64,000 nt of DNA, from positions 43,219-107,218 of the forward strand of contig NW_021833648.1 in assembly GCF_006345805.1 (NCBI RefSeq). The letters run 5' to 3'. The notes beneath the pieces were generated by a model. That model was not told the DNA's origin and did no database searches. It saw only the letters and a list, made by a program, of their open reading frames with translations. Shown piece by piece: positions 25,001 through 39,061 of the stretch; position 1 is the first letter of the stretch; each line of letters starts with the position of its first letter. The DNA comes from Octopus sinensis. Lineage: Eukaryota. The position numbers and the translations under genes were made by a program.

Positions 25001-25654
25001 CCATTCTACTACTAATGCGAATATATTCAAGTTTTGGCAAAGGGGCCAGCAATTTGCACAGAGAGGATAAGTCAATTTCATTGACAATCCCCTTCCCCCG
25101 CACTCAGTGCTTAACTAAAACTTATTTTATCGATCTCTGGAAGATGAAAGGTGAAGTCATTACTATTCATTTGCAGTTGAATGGGGTGGAGCAACGTGCC
25201 ATGTTCGTTTTTTAATTTCGGTCCGAAAATAGATAGATAGATGGTGAGAACAACACCTTAACCACTAGGCTATGCTCCTTCAAAATTCAGACCAAGAACA
25301 TAAAGAAAACAAAAGCACCTTTTTCTTCTGTCATCGACGTCGTGTGTGTGTATGTGTGTGAAGCTCAACAGTAGTGATAAGGTATATATATCGTGTAAAT
25401 GACTTGCTCACTTGGTTATATAAGACATTCCCCTCTAAATGTTACTGACCATAAGAACGGACATCTTGGCTATAAAACATCTGTGTATTGCGCATAAATA
25501 ACAAGATTGCTGTTTTGAAATAGCAATGAAATTCATTGGCCGCGTGAGTTTATATATCTGTCTAATACGTAGATAAAGAGATGTGTACATATATATTACA
25601 CATAGACATTCATATAAATGAACATATATATATACACGTACAAATTCATGCATG

Positions 25655-25716
<62 letters not shown>

Positions 25717-26275
25717 ATATATATAGGGTAATTCAAAATAAACTGTATAAGAAAACAAGTGATATATATATATATATATAATTTACACATTCATAGGTAA
25801 ATATGCACATTATGATGTTATACATAAATATATTAGTACTCATATTCATGCACATATAATGTATATATTGTTTATGTGCTACATAAAATATACATGTGTT
25901 GTGTATAAAATATGACTATAGATGTATGCTTGTGTTAAAAAGTATGCAACTCAATATAATTTAAGTAGACGAAATGGTCATTGGTGGGATGGCTTTCGTA
26001 TCTTTGCCCAAATATTGACCCGAGCTGAAACAACAAAAATAACACCTGCAATATTTTATATGTCTGGAGTAGTCTATAACATTATTGACCTAAACGTCCA
26101 TATAATTGCCAGCTCGGGGACGGGAGGCGTCATTCCTTGTTTAGGAGAAACTATACTTTACTGGAGTCTATGTACGTAGTACACTGACGATTAACTTATA
26201 GAAATCTGCACTATCAGTTTTCTTTTTTTTTTTTTAACATGCGAAACGAATTTTCAATGATATATTTGTTGGTAT

Positions 26276-26617
26276 ACAGGGTGATTCAAAAGTCTCCTTG
26301 TATAGGAAAAATTTATTTTATAAAAAACAGTTTATGAGATCCCCTGATCTGACCCTCTTGATTTCTATCTTTGGCATGGTGTAACGAGGAAAGATAAAAG
26401 ACCTAAATCATTCGAAGGAACGCATCACCAACTCCTTTGCACAAGTATCACTAGACGTGCTATTACGAGTTCACAATGAGGGGGGGGGGTTAAACGTATT
26501 GCAATATGTATTCAAAACAGCGGTAACCAAATAGAGCATCTTAAATATAAAAAAAAATATTCTTATAAACTGTTTCTTATAAAAAAATAAATTGTTCCGA
26601 TGTATGGCGACATTTGA
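26276..26617 (+). mobile_element. Internally deleted Tc1/mariner-superfamily element with both TIRs
   Basis: CAGGGTGATTCAAAAGTCTCC ... GGCGACATTTGAATCACCTTG, flanked by TA. Internal RSPDL-DFYLW remnant. Confidence 0.7.
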
Positions 26618-26859
26618 ATCACCTTGTAGCCTTATGATAAAAGTTCTCTTCTCAGACATGTTCCTAGTTCAATCCTACTGTGTGACACCTTGGACATCGG
26701 GTTAACAAATGGCTGGTGTTTGGAATTGTAAGTGTATCTCACTACTACTCGATGCTATGTAAACACTGTAAAGGTTGAAAGACATGACATGGACGGCTAC
26801 TTCGGGGACTACAAAACTGGGGCCTGCAGGAATGACACAACTAGCGTTCTGGCTCCGTC

Positions 26860-27358
26860 CGCATGCCGAAATTCAACTCATTTGATCACAGTTCAGACTG
26901 CTATGTGAAGCTACTGGAGACTGTGGTCAATTCATGGCCGGTGAGGGTTGCTGCTAGAAGGCAGCAGGATTCGGCTCTTGATATATCTCCAGAAAGTCAG
27001 AAGTGCTTGTTGGAGAATTTATACGATTTCACTAGCCCCAATTTCTGACCTCCGAATTTCTTCGATTATAATCCTGTGGGTTAATGTGTGGTGCGCGGTC
27101 GAGAAAGATACCAACCGTTCCACCTATAACACCAAGCCCTCACTGGTGGCCAAGTTCGAAGATCTTTCTAGAGACACAATATGAAACGCATGTGGTAAGT
27201 TTTGAGGTTGTGGTGGAAGCTGAAGGCGGATACTTTGAGAAAACCGTTACCTAATTGCCATAATTTAGTTGATATCTTTTGACCTTTTACAAATATTTTT
27301 ATTTTTGGATGAAATTTTGTTTCGTTTTTCTTTTATGCAAACTGTCGAATACACCCTG
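26860..27358 (+). mobile_element. maT (DD37D)-like transposase 3' remnant with right TIR
   Basis: YVKLLETVV.SW, QQDSA, SQKCLLENLYDFTSPN, VWCAVEKDTN, VVEAEGGYFE; TIR-like AACTGTCGAATACACCCTG. Confidence 0.75.
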
Positions 27359-28453
27359 AATACTGTACTTGTGCGTGTATAAGTGCAAAAGTGTGTATCA
27401 ATTAAATGATAGCGGAAATATTGGGTCTCATATGATTGTCAAGAAAATCCTTGAAAGGTTCTGACCTAATGTAGCCGTAGTACAACGAATTAAAACAGTA
27501 ATTGCGTGTCATTTATACTCCTCATTTTCTGCACTAATTTATTTAGCCAAATTTCTCTTTAATTAAACACTTATGTAGAAGACTACTGTTAAATATGAAC
27601 ATTATAATTGTACGTTTATCTTGTATTCTCATAATTCTTCGTTGTCAACCGAAATTCAGATATTCTCCTGCATTATTTATAACAAAGTATTGCCTCTTAT
27701 ATCAAGCGTTTTAATGCACTACAAACTTATTTAAGATCAAGAAATAGCAACCAAATCTCTGAAATCACAACGTACTATATCAATAATTGAATGATGCATT
27801 GAGTGATGTATATAAATATTTATTGAAAAAAGTACAAAATGCAAAATGGAGTTTATATCATTTGTTCCATATGTTTGTTTCGCCATTGTGGTTATTTGCA
27901 TCCTCTGCACTGGGTGTTCCCAGTGTAACTGGATACTGAGACACATATCATAACCAGTACTACTTTTAAATACAATAGTAACCATATCAGTTACTGGAAG
28001 TAAACTGGATGATGATAGAGCTTTAAATACACCAATAGCACATCTACAGCGAACTGTACACAGAATAAATATAAATATTCATATACATCTCAATCATCAA
28101 CAACAACGCCCTACTTGAATGGGCCACAACACAATAGAATTTGACTTTAAAATCACTTAATAAATCCTATCAGGTGGTGCTATTAAGACAGACATGGCCT
28201 AGGACACTCTTTGGCCGAAGCAAATCTAAGTCATTTAAGTTATATTTTATCCGATGCATTTTACAGTTTGTGCTGAGCTTTACGGTTTTTCAAAAGGGTT
28301 GAATAAAGAATTAGGTAAATGTCAGTCCTTGCCAATACAAGATTTACAATGAATTTGAGTCCAATGTTTGTATTAAATACCCCGTCTCTAAATATTCTTT
28401 ATTATTCATAAACAAACATTAAAACGACTTCAATTTAATATTTATATCATCCA

Positions 28454-28840
28454 GGGCGGCGAGTTGGCAGAATCGTTAGCACGCCGGGCGACATGCTTAG
28501 CTGCTAGCGGTATTTCGACTGCCGCTACGTTCTGAGTTCAACTTCCGTCGGGGTCGACTTTTCATCCTTTCGGGGTCGATAAATCAAGTACCAGTTGCGT
28601 ACTGAGGTCGATCTAATCGACTGGTCTCCTCCCCCAAAATTTCGGGCCTTATGCCTAGAGTAGAAAAAGTATTTCGATTGCCGCTACGTTCTGAGTTCAA
28701 ATTCTGTCGAGGTTGCCTTTTCCTTTCATCCTTTCGGGGTCGATTAAATAAGCACTATTTATGCACTGGGGTTGATGTAATCGGCCTAATCCCTTTGTTT
28801 GTCCCCTCTTTTTAGTCCCCTGCGGGCAATAAAGAAATAA
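28454..28840 (+). mobile_element. Tandem pair of SINE family A copies
   Basis: A full head at 28454, then a second GTATTTCGATTGCCGCTACGTTCTGAGTTC unit near 28668, ending GGGCAATAAAGAAAT. Confidence 0.8.
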
Positions 28841-28914
28841 ATATTTGTATTATCCACGGCATTTAAGTATTCATTGCCATCAGAAAAATATGGGAAGTTT
28901 ATGAATACGTTCTA

Positions 28915-29340
28915 TCTTTTACTTGTTTCCGTCACTGGATTTCAGCCATACTGGAGCACCATCTTGAAGGGGTTTGCCGATCAAACCGCTCCTAATAATT
29001 ATTTTTTAAGTTTGCTATTTATTCTGTTGGTTACGTTTGCTGAGCCACTAAGTTACGGGGACTTAAACAAACTGATATAGGTTGTCTAACAGCGTGGGAG
29101 GAAAAAACACATACACACACGTACAAACACACATGCATGAGCGCATAACAGATAGAAACACACACATATACACATACACACACGACGGTCTTCCACATAG
29201 GTTTTCTCTACCAAGTTTACTCACAAGGCATTATTCGGCCCGGGGCTATAGTAAAAGACACTTGTCCAAGGTAGCGCGCAGTAGGACTGAACCCAAAACC
29301 ACGTGTTTGCAAAGTGAGCTTCTTAGTCACACAGCCACAC
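28915..29340 (-). mobile_element. SINE family B, degenerate
   Basis: Homologous to 6720-7140 in reverse orientation. Confidence 0.7.
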
Positions 29341-29499
29341 GTGAAATGTTTCTATTCCTCTGTTTGCCATATCAGAGCCCTTAACTAACAGCTCACTTTT
29401 ATATTAACATTTAAAAACTGAGCTAGTTTTCCAGGGTAAGGGGCTCCGAAAAGTACCTCAGAGAGTAGCGTCCCTGCTTTCCTGAGCTAGTTTTCCACG

Positions 29500-29767
29500 A
29501 CATTTCTTAAAAATCGTAGTAGAGGCCTTAGTATCGGGACCACTCATGTCTAGAAACTGAGGTTGTGGGGGTAAGCAAGGGCTTGTTCCCCATAGAAAAT
29601 CCAGTTCCAAAAAAGACTCATGATAGCAAAGGAGAATGGGCACCAGCCGGCCCAAAGGCTGGAGTGGGCTGCCTACCTCAATAGCTATGGCATTGAGGTA
29701 GATCCGGCTACCCCCGTTAACGGTAACGAAACACGGATTTAAAACACTGGATGATGATGATGATGAT
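29500..29767 (+). mobile_element. Probable LINE/SINE 3' end with hairpin and (GAT)n tail, unclassified
   Basis: CTACCTCAAT/ATTGAGGTAG 10-bp stem, then CGGATTTAAAACACTG-(GAT)n. Confidence 0.4.
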
Positions 29768-30763
29768 ATTTAACTAAACTATCCTACCATAACAAGTTCA
29801 GTTGCCATGGGATTAGCTCGAGCAGTCCATTCTCTACATCAAGAAATAACTACACTATAAGCTTCATTTTTATGTTTGGCTTGCAAGATTAACCAACAAA
29901 TTAAGGAAACGATGGATTTGTTAGTTGGACAGATATTTAACCAAATGACTAATAATACAGCAGGGAAATTGAACCAGTGCGTGTGTTATTAATATTGGTG
30001 TGAGGACTTTCTCTATCCACTATTAGCTTATATACTCCCTAATGCTCTGTTACTTTATTTAACCAATATAAATTGTCAAGTGAAGATCAGGTGGTTCATC
30101 TACTTGTTTAACGCATCTACTTTAACAGCAAAAGCTCAGGTGGTACTTTACTCCGTTTTACGAACGTACGCTAACATTTGGCATTTAGGTATGAGGAATA
30201 AGTTATTAAACAAAAATAAACATGGCATTCCAAGCTCAGCTGGTATTCTGGCTTTAAACTGCCCCACTGGCTTTAGATATACACAAAGCTCTATGCATAC
30301 GCAATTATGTTGTATTAAAAAATATATAATGAAAAAAAAAGCGGCACTTACATTTGTAATAAAAACAGAAATGATAATAAAATTAAGGATGGGAGGAACG
30401 TTAAGTCGGGAAAGAAGAAAACAGAGAGAATGGTCACACACAAACACACACAAAAAAAGAAACAAAATGAAGAGAGGTCGTGAAGGCCAATAAATAAACA
30501 AGACGGTAATGGCGTTGGTGGTAGGGAAAAAGCGGGAATCTAACAAGATAAAAAAAAAAACGAAGTATGAAAGCATAAAATATCCAAGTGAACTGTGAAT
30601 AGAAAAAAAAACAGAAAGAAAAGAATGGAGACAAAGCAGAAATACTACCAAAAACAACAACAACGATATCAACATTATTGACGACCATAGCAAGCAAAGT
30701 TATACAGTGAGAAGCATATATAATTATTATATAATATAAATATAAGAACACACTACCACACGC

Positions 30764-30806
<43 letters not shown>

Positions 30807-30915
30807 TAGATAGATATGCGTGTGTGTGTATGTGTCTGATATATATATATATGTGCGTGTGTGTGTCTATGTATGTATATAGACATATATATGCGTGTTT
30901 GTGAGTGTGTGTATA

Positions 30916-30962
<47 letters not shown>

Positions 30963-31038
30963 GTATATATATATATGTATATATATTATATGTATATATA
31001 TTTGTATATATATATATATGTATAAATATGTATATATG

Positions 31039-31074
<36 letters not shown>

Positions 31075-31793
31075 CGTGTGTATATATATACACACTTGAA
31101 TGTGTATAAATGTGTGTGTCTGAACGCTAGCGCTCGCGTGTGTGTAGCAAAGCTATAAAGACCGAAATAATTAAACGCCATTAAAACACATAAAATAGTT
31201 ATATTGGGAGGTGTAATTTTGAAAGAAATAACGAGAACGAAATAAGGAGAACACACACACACACACACAGAGGCATGCACACACAATGGACACACATGCA
31301 TGTAGGCAAGAACACACACGCACAGATATATATACAAATAAATAAAACAGGAAACGGGAGTTTAAATTGAAAAAAAAAAAGCACAACTACATTAAATACA
31401 ACGGAAAGAAATACGTTAATGGCTACTGAATAAACATGACAAGGTTATGTGTGAAAGGGGAGAAGGGAGAGCGTGGAAGTGCAAGGAAGAAGGAGGAGGT
31501 TGATAAGGTGACAAAGGAAGTGACGAAAGGGACCGTGTGTGAGACGGACAAAACACACACACACACACACACACGCATAGGCACACACAAAATCACACAC
31601 TTGCACACACACGCACACACACACACAGAGATATTTGCACATACACAGGGCGGGATAAAGGGGACGAGCAGAGAAAGAGGAAAACAAGTGGAAGACGAAA
31701 CGCAATAGGCTCGAAGAAACGAGATATATATGTATGTGTTTATATATATATACATACATACATACATACATACATACATACATACGTACATAC

Positions 31794-31852
<59 letters not shown>

Positions 31853-32148
31853 TGTATGTATGTATGTATGTATGTATGTCGGAATAGAGGTGGATTGGAA
31901 AACCAATCATGGAGATTAGGAGAGATGGGGGTTCAAAATGGAATGTCAAAAAAATTAAAGAAGAAATAAAAGCTGTAGATGTCATTTAAGCCCCTTCTTA
32001 TCACCCGATGAGACACATCTGCACCGCCGGATGTTCCTGAAACAATTGTCAAGTATCCCACTCGTGAGGGGATCGATGCTAGATGTATCGAAACAATTGT
32101 CGTGATTAATACAAAATTTCGTATATTCCATTTTCCGTCTTTCATTTA

Positions 32149-32211
<63 letters not shown>

Positions 32212-33224
32212 CACATATATATCTGTAAAATAATATGTGACAATTATTCGGTAGCCAAGATAAAACTCTGGACAGATAACCGAAGAGATGGTGCTGTGGA
32301 TTTCCACCTCGGCATCCAAAACTCAGAGTTTTTATTTTACAGATAAATTTCCTTTTGTTATCTTACCGTTTTTACTAATAAAATACATATATATATATAT
32401 ATACACACACACATATATATATGTATATATATTATTCACTCTAAGTACTCCTAGATGCTCCTTGCAGCATGAATCCGCATTATAAATGAGTGCTCGTACG
32501 GTACCAGGCAACACTCCCTGACAACACGCACACAGACAGACATACACATGCTTTTACTTTTAACTCGACAGAAAGTTACATCGTTGTCTTAAAGGCTGTG
32601 AGTTTCGTTTGTGTAACTTATATGTCACACACAAGACTTCCGTCCCTTGATTCACTAATATAATATTCATTGCATTAAAAACTATAAAATGTATATGCGA
32701 ATACACACTGGGTTCCGTTTCTCATGCTTTTCCTTTTCAAATCACAGTGTTTGTGCGCGTGTGTACTATACGTGCACCATACACACACACAAATAAATGG
32801 GGAGTGTATATATATATATATATATATATATATTTGGTGAAACATAGCAGACTGCCGTTTATATTAATTTTATGTATACCCATTAGCGAATCGCTAAATT
32901 ATCCATTAATTTGGCTGACGAAAACATATATACTAATAGAGAAGAAGGTCCGAAAAGAGCCGAACTTTCGAACCAGTTTTAACTGATGAGGCAACGGAAA
33001 TAGTCAAAACTGACGTCAGTATTAAGAATTCTCGATCGGCATTTTTCAGACGATTAAGTTCCCTGTAAGTGTACATGTTTACATTTATGTGCGTTAACTA
33101 CAGCATCAGAGCATTTTAGCTCTTATATCTAGCAATGTAGGTGTTTCTAACTCCCTAGTCCCATTTAGAGACAATTATAATTCTCGTTTTCAATGAAACT
33201 GCAGCTTATCTCTTTCTCTCTTTC

Positions 33225-33437
33225 TCTTTTACTTGTTTCAGTCATTTGACTGCGGCCATGGTTCAGCACCGACTTTAGTCGACCAAATCGACCCAGGACT
33301 TACTCTTTATAAGCCTAGTACATATTCTATCGGGTCTCTTTTGCTGAACTGCTAAGTTGTGGGGACGTAAAAACAACAACATCGGTTGTCAAGTGATGTT
33401 GGGGTGGGGTGGGGGACAAACACGGACACACAAACAT

Positions 33438-33474
<37 letters not shown>

Positions 33475-33635
33475 AATATATATATACACATATATACATA
33501 TATACGACGGGATTCTTTCAGTTTCCGTCTACCAAATCCACTCACAAGGTTTTGGTCAGTCCGAGGTTATAGTAGAAAACACTTGCCCAAGGTGCCACGC
33601 AGTGGGACTGAACCCGGAACCATGTGGTTGGTACA
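33225..33635 (-). mobile_element. SINE family B
   Basis: Homologous to 6720-7140, with an internal CA/TA microsatellite. Confidence 0.82.
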
Positions 33636-33639
33636 TAAA

Positions 33640-33960
33640 TTGTTTTGTCTTGGTATAAACGATAGGCTACAGCAAATATTCTGCTCAATACCACAGATTT
33701 GCTTGTCAGTTGGTTGACCTTAACCAGTTGATCATGTCCCTTGGTGGCTGACGACATGTGCATCTCTGATCACGAGCAGAAGTAGTGGGGGAGCATCATT
33801 ACCAAGTGTTGAGAGGGATTCTTTGGGGTTTAAATAATTCACCTCTGGAAACATGAATGTTTCGTTCAACAACCTTAAACAACCCTTATTCAGGGACCTT
33901 TTAAGCGGGATGGGGTTACTCGACCAGAATAAAATTCTAACTGGGCCTCAACTGCAACTT
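33640..33960. mobile_element. Interspersed repeat family D
   Basis: Inverted homolog of 1200-1445. Confidence 0.7.
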
Positions 33961-33989
33961 AAGGGGAGGGGACTGTCAGTTACATTGAC

Positions 33990-34323
33990 CACAGCACTTG
34001 ACTAGTATTTATTTTATCGACCCCGAAAGGAAGAGAGGAAAATTCGACTTCGGCAGAATTTGAACTCAGACCGTAAAGACAAACGAAATACCTATTTCTT
34101 GACTACCCACAAGGGGCTAAACACAGAGGGGACAAACAAGGACAGACAAACGGATTAAGTCGATTTCATCGACCCCAGTGCGTAATTGGTGCTTATTTAA
34201 TCGACCTCGAAAGGATGAAAGGCAAAGTCGAGCTCGGCGGAATTTGAACTCAGAACGTAACGGCAGACGAAATACCGCTAAGCATTTCGCCCGGCGAGCT
34301 AACGATTCTGCCAGCTCACCGCT

Positions 34324-34324
<1 letters not shown>
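33990..34324 (-). mobile_element. SINE family A, one full plus one partial copy
   Basis: Two GGCGGAATTTGAACTCAGA-type cores. The head abuts (AAT)n at 34325. Confidence 0.85.
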
Positions 34325-34368
<44 letters not shown>

Positions 34369-34885
34369 TTAAAACTTAAACAGCAATAATATCTACATCA
34401 AAAGCCACAGTAGTACAATATGTAACAAGCGGAACTTGCAATGTTAACTCACCATATCTCACTGCGTATGTGTATGTTGTTGTGTGCGTGGGTCACGTAT
34501 GAAGCGTGTGCCTGTGTGAATAAGTATGTATAGAAATATTGAATACATTCCTGAAACGAGCACATATGCATATTTTGATATTTTGTTTATATACACAAAC
34601 AGTTGTATGCACATCTATAATATATATAAAATCGGTATCGATTTAAAACACGCGCGCGCAAACACACACACACACGCACACAAACACACACACACACACA
34701 CACACACCAACACACGCACACACAACTGCTTATACACGAGCATGTATACATGTGTGTACAGATGCTTGCATGTATATCTATTCAAATTATGTATGTATGT
34801 ATGTATATCCATATGTTATATATTATATGTATATATATGTAATATATATATATAATATTTATATATATATTTATATATATGTATG

Positions 34886-34945
<60 letters not shown>

Positions 34946-35201
34946 TGTAGACGTGTTGTGTAGCTACACATCTGATTGATATATGTGTATATTTATATAT
35001 ATATAATATATTATATATATATACGTATATATAATATTATATATATATATATATATACATTTATATACATATATGCACAATAGGTACATAAACACATCCA
35101 CATCCACACATCCACCGCCACAAATACTCATACACATATGTGTGTGTGTGCGTATGTGTATATACAGGTACTAAATTACAGGTATGTAATATATGTAAAT
35201 T

Positions 35202-35233
<32 letters not shown>

Positions 35234-35273
35234 TATACATATTAAATATAACAGGTTGTAAATATATGTAATT

Positions 35274-35305
<32 letters not shown>

Positions 35306-36542
35306 TATACATATTAATATAACAGGTATGTAATATATGTCATTTATATATATATATATATACATTTACATATATTTACATACAAACATACACATGTAGA
35401 TACACATGCATAAGCACCACCAATCTCTCACACACACACACACATACATATAAATAAATGCACACGCACATAAGAGAGGAAAAAAGTAAGCGACAAATGC
35501 AGAGAGTTTAATACGGTAACAAACAAACGAGCCAACGATATATTTGCATACATCAATATATATATTTGTATATAAATATATACGTTCCTATTTTGAAATT
35601 AGTGAATACACGTACATAAGTTTACGTGTGTACGCATCACTGTACACACACACACATACACACGTTTATATATATATATGCATGTATACACGCATGTATT
35701 GGTGTTTGTGTTTTTGTGCTTGTCGGTACATATAAATGTTTCTTTAATGAATTGAAAGCAAAAAATAACATATCGACTACAAATATAACAATAGATAAAT
35801 CATGTATGCCACAAGCGTGACATAAAACGAATATTACATTATTCAGATATACTTCTCACATCTTGTAATATTCTATATAATATCATACAACAAACAACCA
35901 TTGTTGTATGTACATATGGAAAATGGAGATATAGACATGCAATAGAATAGAATAACTTGTGTGTATATGTGTATCTGCGTGCGCGTGCGGTTTTTTTTCT
36001 GTGTGTAGTTATGTGTGTGTATGTTTGGGCATCTATGTATGTTTGTGTGCATAAGTTTCTATATATATATGTAAATACACACACATGCATATATATATAT
36101 ACATGCATACATACATACATATATACATGCATACATACATATATATACATATATATAAACACACACACCACATATATATATATATACATGTTCGTGTACA
36201 TATACACATTATGCATAGATACGTATATACATATAACATAAATATAAATATATCCTCTTTACCTATATATATATATAATTATATATGTATGTATATGTAT
36301 GTATATATTCATATATATATATTGATATATAGATATACATATATTTACATATTTACGTACATGTATATATATGTGTGTGTGTGTACACATACATGCATGT
36401 GTAAATATATGTATATCTATATATAAATACATATATATGAATATATACATACATATATATATGTATATATATGTATGTATATATTCACATATATATATAG
36501 ATAGATATACATATATACATAAATTTACATATACATATGTAC

Positions 36543-36597
<55 letters not shown>

Positions 36598-37715
36598 TGT
36601 ATATGTACACAGAACACATGCATACATATATGTATTATACATGAATTACCGAATTCGTATATATTATATTATGTGTATAAATAATTGCATACCTCACTCT
36701 CTCGCTTTCTTTCTTCTCTTTCTATCTAACTATTCTCTCTCTCTTCTCTCTCTATATATACACCTATATATATTATGTATATATCTATATCTATATATAT
36801 GTTTATATATATATATGTATATATACATATATATATATATTTATATATATATATATATACATATATGCATATACATACATACATATATATATATATAATA
36901 TATATTATATATATATGTGTGTGTTGTGGTGTGTTTTGTGGTGTGTGTGTGTGTGTTTGTATGTGTACTGTTTTTTGTATACTTATGTATTCGTATATAT
37001 CTAATTATTTGTGTATATGGATGTACAATGATGACTGCCGTGTCAATAACTGAAACATTAAAGAATGGGAAAAGAAAAAACTATGTGTGTGTGTGTGTGT
37101 GGTGTGTGTGTGCGTGTGCGTGCGTGTGCGTGTGCGTGTGCGTGCGTGTGTGTGTGTGTGTGCGCGCGCGTTTATACAAACAGAGAGAGGGGCAGTCTGA
37201 ATGAAGAAGTGAGAGGCAACGAGAGGGAGAACGGAAATCAATTATTGATTGATTTATTGAAAGATCGATAAATTGATAAACTGATGGATGGATACGTCGA
37301 CAGAATACACACATGCACACACACACACGCACACACTCGCGCACATGCAGACTCACACTAACAGAAACTCGCTCGCGCACACGCACACCCTCAGCCCGTA
37401 ACATGTCCCTAACACAGTTATTCAAATAGGTATGAGATGAATACATGCGTATGTGTATACGTAATTGTGTGTGTGTGTGTACACATATGAAGATTATTCG
37501 TGTGTAAATGTTTGATATATATATATATATATACATATATAATTATATATATATATATATATTTTTATGTAATATATATAATAGATATAATATATATATA
37601 TATATATATATGCGTGAGTGAGCGGGAAACCGTGCGCCGCAGTTTGAAAGATAGTCAGAGATGTAACTGAAGACGATGAGGAATTCGGATTGTACATCAT
37701 AACTTTTTACCCGTG

Positions 37716-37858
37716 ATTATGATGATGATGATGATGATGGTGATGGTGGTGGTGGTGGTGGTAATGGTGGTGGTGGTAGTGTTGTTGTTGTTGGTGGTGG
37801 TGGCGTAATATACTTGCATTTGCATAAACCGTGGAATAGCAGATGAAGTAAGTGGAAC

Positions 37859-37892
<34 letters not shown>

Positions 37893-38075
37893 GTGATGCT
37901 GGTGATGGTGATGATAGTGATTGCGATGATCATGCCAGTTGTAGTGGTGATGATAATGATGGTGATTGTGATGGTGACGATAATATTTGTCGTTGTGGTT
38001 GTTTTGGTTGTAGTGATGATGATGATGATGGAGATAGAGGTGATGATGTGATATCAATGTCGATGATGCTGATGG
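37716..38075. repeat. (GAT)n/(GGT)n compound microsatellite
   Basis: Direct reading. Confidence 0.92.
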
Positions 38076-38079
38076 TGCT

Positions 38080-38625
38080 GAGGAGGAGGAGGAGGAGAAG
38101 AAGAAGAAGAAGAATGGAAAGAGATAGAAAGAAGAAGAGAAGCAGAGAATGGAGAGAGAAGAAGAATGAGGAAGAAGAAAAAGAAGAAGAGAAGAAGAAG
38201 AAGAGAGAGAAGAAGAAGAAGAAGAAGAAGAAGAAGAATGGGGAAGAAGAAGAAAAGAAGAAGAAAGAAGAAGAAGATGGGGAATAAGAAGAAGAAGAAG
38301 AAAAGAAGAAGAAGAAGAAAGAAAATAGAAGAAGAAGAATAAGAAGAAGAATGGGGAAGAAGAAGAAGAGAAAAGAAGAATGGGGAAGAAGAAGAAGAAA
38401 AAGGAAGAAGAAGAAGAGGAAGAAGAGAAAGAAGAAGAAAATGGGGAAGAAGAGAAGAAGAAGAAAGAAAAGAAGAAGAAAAAGAGAAAATGGGGAATAG
38501 AAAAAAGAAGAAGAAGAAAAGAAAAGAAGAAAAGAGAAGAAGAAGAAGAAAAAGAAAAGAAAAAAAGAAGAAGAAGAAGAAGAAGAAGAAGAAGAAGAAG
38601 AAGAAGAAGAAGAAGAAGAGAAAAG
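38080..38625. repeat. Degenerate (GAA)n polypurine tract
   Basis: About 550 bp, almost all purines on +, with recurring AATGGGGAAGAAG subunits. Confidence 0.95.
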
Positions 38626-39014
38626 GAAAAATATAAAAGAAAGCGAATAAAAAAGTAAACGATGTGTTGAGGCGTTTAAAATCAAAGAGAAACATATTTG
38701 TATAGTGTTGTCTGGAGGGTGCGGCTTGGAATATAACAATAACTCGAAATAATATTGTTAAAAAGCCGTTCGCCGCCATTGAAAAGCTAGATTGGAAGAA
38801 GCAGACGACTTTGCTTCGACTGCAGCCTTTCACAGCTTTTCTTATTTCCCGCCTTCCTATTTATATATTCCCCCTCCCATCTCTCGCTTTCGCACTCTCT
38901 CTCTCTCTCTCACCCTCTTTTACTTTTACTTCTCCTCTGTAACTCATTCTATCACTCATTTGTAACATCTATCACTCATATCGTTAATCTCTTTTTATCT
39001 CACTTCTTTATTGC

Positions 39015-39061
<47 letters not shown>

